NCBI RefSeq assembly: GCF_000341895.1
Contig: NC_020409.1
Coordinates: 2,310,001-2,342,000, forward strand
DNA: 32,000 bases
Direction of reading: 5' to 3'
Origin: Pseudodesulfovibrio piezophilus C1TLV30
GTDB taxonomy: Bacteria > Desulfobacterota > Desulfovibrionia > Desulfovibrionales > Desulfovibrionaceae
Shown here: in pieces, positions 26,388 to 32,000 of the stretch
Position numbering within the stretch: the first letter of the stretch is position 1
Layout of the letters: each line of letters begins with the position of its first letter
The notes under the pieces: model-generated
The model's database searches: none
Told to the model about the DNA's origin: nothing
Seen by the model: only the letters and a program-made list of their open reading frames with translations
Program-made: the position numbers and the translations under genes

Positions 26388-27719
26388 TCATGTCATGCGA
26401 CATTTTGTCTTCAACGTTTTCAACAGTTGTTTCAATTCGTAATTATCTTCCTGTAATTGATTGATTTTTTTTACCGAATACAGGACTGTCGAATGGTCTT
26501 TTCCCCCAAAAGTACGGCCAAGGGAAGGGTAGGATGTCTTGAGCATCTGGCGACAAAGGAACATTGCGACCTGACGGGCGTGGGCGATGTGCTGATGCCG
26601 TTTTGAACCGGTCATATCGCCTAGGCGGATGTTAAAATGTTCACTCACCACGCTCATAATCTTCTTCGGGGTCAGGTCATCAGTGGCTTTTTCTTCTGTG
26701 TTCGACAAGATGTGTTCAAAGTCTTTCTGCGTCAGTTCTTTTTTGACAAGCTCCTTGAAAGCAAATAATTTCAGCAGAATACCTTGAAGGTATCTGAAAT
26801 CGGTGAAGCGTTGCGCCAAGGTCAGTATTTGTTCCTTGTTCAAAACGAGTCGCTTGATACGGCACTGACGCTGAATATACCCAACCCTGATTTCGAGGTC
26901 CGGTTCTTTCAAGGTGACGATCAGTCCCCATCCCAGACGGGACTGGAGAGAATCATCAAGAAAGTCATAGCTGGTAACCTTATCCCTGCATGCAAGAACC
27001 ATTTGTTTTTTATTGTCATAAAAATGGTTGAATATATTAACTAATTCCTGTTGAAAATGCGGGTATTCCCGTATTTTCTGAAAATCATCAAGGAACATGA
27101 AATCATATTCGAACAAGTGGTTTCTGGCTCGGAATGGGTCTCCTCTGAACTGAATGGCATAGAGCGAATTCAGTTCATCCATGGTCCCCATGAAGATATT
27201 CGAGTAGTCATGCTTCTTGCTGATCTCATTACCCACGGATTTGATAAGGTGGGTCTTCCCCGAACCGCCAGGGCCGCAAATGATAAACGGATTGAAAAGG
27301 GAACCCGTTTGCTTTGCCACCTCTTTTGCCGAGGCTATGGGGAAATAGTTTTTTTTGTTGATCAGGAAAGTGTCAAAGATAAATTCCTGCCCAAATGGAA
27401 AATCGATGCGTTTGACGACATCGGGAGCCTGAACTCCCGTGGATCTTTCTCCCGCGCTTTTGTCCTGATAGCTGACCAGATAGCCGCTGCCGAGAAACAT
27501 GTTGAGCTGGGCTTCGAATTTGTCTTGAATGTCGCTCTCGAACCATTTGGCGAAGAATGAGTGGGGGAATCCCACGATGATGCGTTTGGTTTCCTCTTCG
27601 TATTCGATATGAAGAGGGTCGAACCACCGCTTGAGGTCATCGTTGGAATTGGTCTGGAGAAGGTGTTTGCGAAGAGACTGTTTCACGCTGATTTCTTTTG
27701 CTTGAAGACGGCTTTGCAA
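26388..27719 (-). CDS. dnaA: Chromosomal replication initiator DnaA
   Basis: It has an AAA+ core (NPFIICGPGGSGKTHLIKSVGNE, Walker B FMFLDDFQ) and a C-terminal DNA-binding domain (ITGSKRHQHIAHARQVAMFLCRQMLKTSYPSLGRTFGGKDHSTVLYSVKKI). The start is uncertain: 27719 is a TTG, and GTG 27686 (VKQSLRKH…) is the alternative. Confidence 0.95.
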   Translation of the reverse strand: MQSRLQAKEISVKQSLRKHLLQTNSNDDLKRWFDPLHIEYEEETKRIIVGFPHSFFAKWFESDIQDKFEAQLNMFLGSGYLVSYQDKSAGERSTGVQAPDVVKRIDFPFGQEFIFDTFLINKKNYFPIASAKEVAKQTGSLFNPFIICGPGGSGKTHLIKSVGNEISKKHDYSNIFMGTMDELNSLYAIQFRGDPFRARNHLFEYDFMFLDDFQKIREYPHFQQELVNIFNHFYDNKKQMVLACRDKVTSYDFLDDSLQSRLGWGLIVTLKEPDLEIRVGYIQRQCRIKRLVLNKEQILTLAQRFTDFRYLQGILLKLFAFKELVKKELTQKDFEHILSNTEEKATDDLTPKKIMSVVSEHFNIRLGDMTGSKRHQHIAHARQVAMFLCRQMLKTSYPSLGRTFGGKDHSTVLYSVKKINQLQEDNYELKQLLKTLKTKCRMT

Positions 27720-27931
27720 CTATCCGGATTAATTTTTATAATTTTGTCAAAATTCGTGTCTGAAAAAATCAAGAAATTCTTTCGTCCATATACATTAAAA
27801 TATACTCAAAGCCAACCCTTGAAGCCCTCTTTCGAAAGGACGAAATCCGTTGATTTCAGCCCCTATTTAGTCCATGATCCCATTCCGTCAAAAACACGGA
27901 AAAAACGGCGAGAGCACGAATTGGAGGGCCT
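27720..27931. promoter_or_regulatory. AT-rich divergent intergenic region (dnaA promoter side / DUF39-gene leader)
   Basis: 212 bp between divergent starts, with a strongly AT-rich block at 27721..27830. An 8-bp long-range inverted repeat, tttcgtcc (27780..27787) and ggacgaaa (27838..27845), encloses the palindrome ctttcgaaag. I found no convincing TTATCCACA boxes. Confidence 0.35.
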
Positions 27932-29101
27932 ATGGCACAACATCAGGTGAACAAGACGATCAAGGAGATCAACGATCGGATCAAAAAAGGCAAGGCCGTG
28001 GTGGTCAATGCCGAGGAAATGGTCCGCATCGTAAAGAAGGAAGGCAAGGTCAAGGCGGCACAGGAAGTGGATGTCGTCACCACCGGAACCTTCTCTCCTA
28101 TGTGTTCGTCAGGACTGCTGCTCAATATAGGACAGCAGCCACCGGTAATGAAAGTTTCGAAGATGTGGTTGAATAATGTGCCCTGCTACTCCGGCATTGC
28201 TGCTGTGGATGCGTATTTGGGGTGCACAGAGGCTTCGGAGGATGATCCCCTTAACAAGGTCCATCCGGGACGCTTTGCGTACGGTGGAGCTCACGTTATG
28301 GAAGATCTGCTTCGTGGCAAGGCCGTTCATCTTCGTGGGGAAGGGTACGGCACTGATTGCTATCCGCGTCGAGAGATAGACAAGGATATCACGCTGGCCG
28401 ATCTTCCCAATGCCGTCATGCTCAATCCTCGTAACTGCTATCAGAATTACAATTGCGCGGTGAATCTGACCAGCCGGACCATTTACACATATATGGGACC
28501 GCTTAAGTCCAACTGCTCCAATGCGAATTTTGCGACGGCAGGGCAGCTTTCTCCCTTGTTTAATGACCCCTATCTCAAAACCATCGGTATGGGCACCAGG
28601 ATATTTCTCGGCGGCGGTATCGGGTACGTCATTGGTGAAGGCACCCAGCATGTTCAGAAGCCTCAGCGTAATGAGCGGGGTATCCCGGAAAATCCGTCCG
28701 GAACACTGATGCTGAAGGGGGATTTCAAGAAAATGGATGCTCGGTATGTTCGCGCCCAATCCCTGCTCGGCTATGGCGTTTCCCTGGCTCTTGGTGTCGG
28801 AATTCCCATTCCTATGCTCAATGAGGAGATGGCATGGTTCACTGGCGCATCAGATGCGGATATCACTATGCCTATCAAGGATTACGGCTATGATTATCCC
28901 AATGGGATTCCACGGGAACTCGGCCGTGTAACTTTCGAGGAACTGCGCAGCGGGGAAATCGAGGTCAATGGTAAAAAGACATCGACTGTCCCTCTGACGA
29001 GTTATTCCATGTCCTTGGAGGTGGCTGATAAACTCAAGCAGTGGATTGAGAATGGTGATTTCTTGCTGAGTGAAAAAGTAGATGATATTCCAAGCTTTTA
29101 A
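27932..29101 (+). CDS. DUF39/COG1900-family homocysteine biosynthesis protein (aspartate-semialdehyde sulfurtransferase-like)
   Basis: 389 aa. KTIKEINDRIKKGKAVVVNAEEMVRIVKKEGKVKAAQEVDVVTTGTFSPMCSSGLLLNIG is the characteristic DUF39 N-terminus. GGAGG lies 4 nt upstream of the ATG. Confidence 0.8.
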   Translation: MAQHQVNKTIKEINDRIKKGKAVVVNAEEMVRIVKKEGKVKAAQEVDVVTTGTFSPMCSSGLLLNIGQQPPVMKVSKMWLNNVPCYSGIAAVDAYLGCTEASEDDPLNKVHPGRFAYGGAHVMEDLLRGKAVHLRGEGYGTDCYPRREIDKDITLADLPNAVMLNPRNCYQNYNCAVNLTSRTIYTYMGPLKSNCSNANFATAGQLSPLFNDPYLKTIGMGTRIFLGGGIGYVIGEGTQHVQKPQRNERGIPENPSGTLMLKGDFKKMDARYVRAQSLLGYGVSLALGVGIPIPMLNEEMAWFTGASDADITMPIKDYGYDYPNGIPRELGRVTFEELRSGEIEVNGKKTSTVPLTSYSMSLEVADKLKQWIENGDFLLSEKVDDIPSF

Positions 29102-29120
29102 GCTGTGAACTAAATATAAA

Positions 29121-29160
29121 AAAGAAAGCCTGTCGGATATCCGACAGGCTTTCTTTTTTA
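29121..29160. terminator. Strong bidirectional rho-independent terminator
   Basis: The 13-bp stem pairs gaaagcctgtcgg (29124..29136) with ccgacaggctttc (29141..29153), with an atat loop. It is flanked by an A-run on the 5' side and T6 on the 3' side. Confidence 0.85.
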
Positions 29161-29278
29161 TATTGTATTAGGAGAATGTCTTCATTGTGTGTTTTGTTGT
29201 CCTTCTGTTTTTTTCTTGTTTCGAGAGTACTGTGCATGTTTTCGAATAGAGCGCATACTTGTTTTTCCATGGTCTGTG

Positions 29279-29930
29279 TCAACCAGCTTCGGAGGTAGTC
29301 AGGCCCATGATCTTATTCATGCCCCGCAGAAGGTAAATCTGTATTTTGAGCACCTGTTTTTGGATGAGTGAACCGTGTGTCGATTTGACATCAAGGTGTG
29401 TTATTTTGAGTTTATTGGAGAGAGGGACGGGTATAGCTCTTATTCCCTGTGTCCAGGCTGTATTGAGATGCAGCAGCACCATGTAGAGATCTTTTTCACG
29501 TATCCTCTTGGGTTCGCCAAGGGTATTGACCGAACTTGTGTCAAAGAGCTCCGAGCGATTGAAGTAGCGGTTGGTAATCCACGAATTTCCTTTTTCCCAG
29601 TATTTTATGAAGTCTGTCCGCTCCTGGACGGTGAGCAGTTTTTTCCTTGGTTAAAAAGTGACTGTCTTCAACGGTATCAATGAGTTCTTTAAATTCCCTG
29701 AGTTGTCCCCCTGTCTCTGGGATAGATGCATTGGCGGTGAGAAGGAGGTCCTTCAAGCGAGCATCTATTGAGACATTGATATTGGATGCAGGCAGTTTAT
29801 ACTGTTCATTCCAGTCCTTGCAAATTCTTTCATCGTACGGGAGTGATATTCGTCTACACATGTGAATGAATATTAATATTGAGTCACCAATGAACTTTTG
29901 GTGTGTCAGTGAAAACTGACAGAAATACAT
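29279..29930 (-). pseudogene. Frameshifted hypothetical gene in a low-GC islet
   Basis: Track ORFs 29541..29930 and 29279..29482 (both minus) join into one ~217-codon reading frame if one A is removed from the A6 run (plus-strand T6 at 29639..29644). The joined sequence reads …EDSHFLTKEK|LLTVQERTDFIKYWEKGNSWITNRYFNRSELFDTSSVNTLGEPKRIREKDLYMVLLHLN… with no stops between the shift site and 29482. I recognised no family. Confidence 0.5.
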
Positions 29931-30019
29931 GGGGTTGAATTAACTCTCTATGTAAGAGGCTTTTTCAAACGAATATGGGGAAGTCATCTTTTGGAAATAC
30001 GCAAAATGGTGTCTCGACG

Positions 30020-30055
30020 AAAAGGCCCTGCCGGAATTATCCGGCAGGGCCTTTT
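30020..30055. terminator. Bidirectional rho-independent terminator downstream of the oxidoreductase operon
   Basis: AAAA, then GGCCCTGCCGGA (30024..30035), an ATTA loop, TCCGGCAGGGCC (30040..30051), then TTTT. This is a perfect 12-bp GC-rich stem. Confidence 0.85.
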
Positions 30056-30076
30056 ACAAGTGTAGGGTTGTCTTGA

Positions 30077-30619
30077 TCAGCTGATTACTTTGGCACCGGC
30101 CAGAATTGCTTCTGTGTTGGCGGGAATGAGTTTGTGGTAGCGTTCGGATATCACGTTTTTCAGGGAGTCGATAACTGCCTGAACCGGGAGAATCCGCGTT
30201 GCTGCCACATAGGCGCCTATAGCGACCATGTTGGCCATGCGGGTATTACCAAGTTGGTCTGCTATTTCATTGCAGGGGACCGCGTGGCAATCAAGTCGGT
30301 CCTGATCAGCCAATTCCATGTCGATCAGTGAGGAATTGATGATATGGACACCGCCGTCAGCAACACGGGGTTGGAATTTATCCAGTGAAGGGCGGTTCAT
30401 GGCAATGAGTGATTTCGGGCTGTGGATGATTGGGGAGCCGATATCCTCGTCAGAGAGGACGACAGTGCAGTTGGCTGTTCCGCCGCGCATCTCAGGACCA
30501 TAGACGGGAATATAGGTAACATTCAGCCCCTCTTTCATACCGGCGTATGCAAGCAGATTGCCGATGAGCATTACGCCCTGGCCGCCGAATCCGGCGATGA
30601 TGGTGTCGATATAGCGCAT
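30077..30619 (-). CDS. 2-oxoacid:ferredoxin oxidoreductase, gamma subunit
   Basis: Track ORF 30077..30625 begins at a GTG. ATG 30619 ([28 protein letters not shown]…[19 protein letters not shown]) has GGAGG 9 nt upstream and forms a TAATG overlap with the beta-subunit stop. Confidence 0.88.
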   Translation of the reverse strand: MRYIDTIIAGFGGQGVMLIGNLLAYAGMKEGLNVTYIPVYGPEMRGGTANCTVVLSDEDIGSPIIHSPKSLIAMNRPSLDKFQPRVADGGVHIINSSLIDMELADQDRLDCHAVPCNEIADQLGNTRMANMVAIGAYVAATRILPVQAVIDSLKNVISERYHKLIPANTEAILAGAKVIS

Positions 30620-31389
30620 TAGCACACACCTCCTTCCTCGGAGACATCCTTGTATATACCAAGAGGAAAGTAGGGGATCATTTCATTCTGGATTCGTTCA
30701 TTTGCCTGAAGTGGCGTCATCTTCCAGTTCGTGGAGCAGCCGGACAAGAGTTCAACAAACCCAAACCCGGTGTTGTTCAACTGGAATTCAAAGGCTTTTT
30801 TCAGGTATTTTTTGGATTGGCGAATATTTTTCACACAATCCAGTGAACCACGCGCGGCAAAGGCCACACCGCCCAAAGATGCGATTATTTCGGTCATGCG
30901 GATGGGGGCACCTTCATGCGTAGTGCAACGTCCCGCCGGAGTTGTCGTGGTTTTTTGTCCGATCAGGGTCGTGGGAGCCATCTGGCCGCCTGTCATGCCA
31001 TAGACTGTGTTGTTCACAAAGATGACGGACATCTTTTCACCGCGATTGGCAGCGTGCATGATTTCAGCCATGCCGATGGATGCAAGATCACCATCACCTT
31101 GATAGGTGAAGACAAAATGATCGGGACGGGCGCGTTTGACGCCGGTTGCTACAGCCGGAGCGCGCCCGTGGGGTGCCTCCACTGCATCGGCGTTCAGGTA
31201 ATTATACAAAAAGACGGAACAACCGATGGACGTGGTCATCAGTGTTTTTCCTGCCAGATCGAGTTCATCCATGAGTTCGCCGATTAGCCTGTGGGCAATG
31301 CCATGATGGCAACCGGGGCAGTAGTGAGTGGGGCGGTCAATGACGGATTCCGGTTTGTCAAAGACGAGCTTTTCATTCATGTCAGACAT
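30619..31389 (-). CDS. 2-oxoacid:ferredoxin oxidoreductase, beta (TPP-binding) subunit
   Basis: 256 aa with HYCPGCHHGI, and with GDGDLASIGMAEIMHAANRGEKMSVIFVNNTVYGMTGGQ as the TPP/Mg motif. The start abuts the alpha-subunit stop (TAAATG). Confidence 0.9.
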   Translation of the reverse strand: MSDMNEKLVFDKPESVIDRPTHYCPGCHHGIAHRLIGELMDELDLAGKTLMTTSIGCSVFLYNYLNADAVEAPHGRAPAVATGVKRARPDHFVFTYQGDGDLASIGMAEIMHAANRGEKMSVIFVNNTVYGMTGGQMAPTTLIGQKTTTTPAGRCTTHEGAPIRMTEIIASLGGVAFAARGSLDCVKNIRQSKKYLKKAFEFQLNNTGFGFVELLSGCSTNWKMTPLQANERIQNEMIPYFPLGIYKDVSEEGGVC

Positions 31390-32000
31390 TTATTTCCCCT
31401 CCAGGCATGTGAGGATCGGTGCCTCGAGTTCTTCCGGGGTGGGCAGGTTGCCGGGATAGATGGGGTAGAAGTCGGAGTCGGCAACCGTGCGAATGGCAAG
31501 GCGAACATCATCAACCATCTGACCCAGATTGTGTTCAATTGTCAGGAAACGTTTTCCCTGTTTAGCCAGTGTGAGTAAATCGGCTGACGGGAAGGGATAC
31601 AGGGTGATGGGTCTGAAGAGACCGACCTTTTTCCCTTCCTTGCGGAATTTACGGACAGCGGTTTTGGCAATGCGTCCGATGGAACCGTATGCGCAGATGA
31701 CAATATCGGCGTCCTCGGTTTCGAACTGTTCGGCTTCAGCCAACTCTGTCCATGAATCATATTTTGCCTGGAGATGGCGATTCTGTTCCGCCAGTTCTCC
31801 TTCGGCAAGGAACAGGGATTTGATGAGGCGTTTTTCACGCTGTCCCTTGTGGCCGTCAAGAGCCCACTCTCGTCCGGCTTCCTCGTCCACACCCTCGGGC
31901 GTCCAGGGGATGATGGGTTCTTTCATCTGGCCAAGGATGGCATCTGCCAGCAACAGGACCGGGGTCCGATGCTCGTAGGCAATATCAAAGGCCCGAATGG
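31390..32000 (-). CDS. 2-oxoacid:ferredoxin oxidoreductase, alpha subunit (N-terminus lies beyond the window)
   Basis: The frame stays open from 31390 to the window end. The translation …IRAFDIAYEHRTPVLLLADAILGQMKEPI… and the C-terminal domain III-like sequence fit KorA/PorA/VorA-type alpha subunits. Confidence 0.85.
   Translation of the reverse strand, partial: IRAFDIAYEHRTPVLLLADAILGQMKEPIIPWTPEGVDEEAGREWALDGHKGQREKRLIKSLFLAEGELAEQNRHLQAKYDSWTELAEAEQFETEDADIVICAYGSIGRIAKTAVRKFRKEGKKVGLFRPITLYPFPSADLLTLAKQGKRFLTIEHNLGQMVDDVRLAIRTVADSDFYPIYPGNLPTPEELEAPILTCLEGK

Noticed and set aside
28109-28759. 216-aa minus-strand ORF
   Set aside because: It is antisense to the DUF39 gene and has no SD or motifs.
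29034-29282. 82-aa minus-strand ORF downstream of the frameshifted gene
   Set aside because: It starts at a TTG, crosses the strong terminator at 29121..29160 and overlaps the end of the DUF39 gene, so it is unlikely to be translated as drawn.
29639-29644. Programmed ribosomal frameshift at the A6 run
   Set aside because: The required shift is +1, and I could not assign a recognisable frameshift-stimulating context by eye. A pseudogene or a homopolymer sequencing error is the simpler explanation.

Overview
About 50% GC bacterial chromosomal window with almost all genes on the minus strand. It reads like the replication-origin neighbourhood of a Desulfovibrionales-type anaerobe; that taxon call is inferred from gene content only. 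Right half: dnaA-dnaN-gyrB-gyrA plus a TPR lipoprotein, then a sensor histidine kinase, two tandem LysR regulators and a glutamine-dependent asparagine synthase. Past dnaA lie a DUF39/COG1900 homocysteine-biosynthesis gene, a small low-GC islet carrying a frameshifted gene, and the alpha/beta/gamma subunits of a 2-oxoacid:ferredoxin oxidoreductase. Left edge: a SPOR lipoprotein, three GspL/M/N-like membrane proteins and a CPBP protease. The stand-out feature is an ~8.8 kb, 11-gene, tightly packed minus-strand operon (3348..12186). It mixes three small 'amphi-Trp'-type proteins and an 'XXXCH' protein with a RimK-type ATP-grasp ligase, an HprK-like P-loop kinase and a CofD/YvcK-like protein. It also carries a PhoU-APH kinase fusion, a PHP-like phosphoesterase, an orphan ParA ATPase and a 59-aa ORF that is missing from the track. 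From memory, its core matches the comparative-genomics label 'GAK system', for which I know of no experimentally assigned function. I saw no rRNA, tRNA, CRISPR array or transposase. All family assignments come from reading motifs in the translations; no searches were run.
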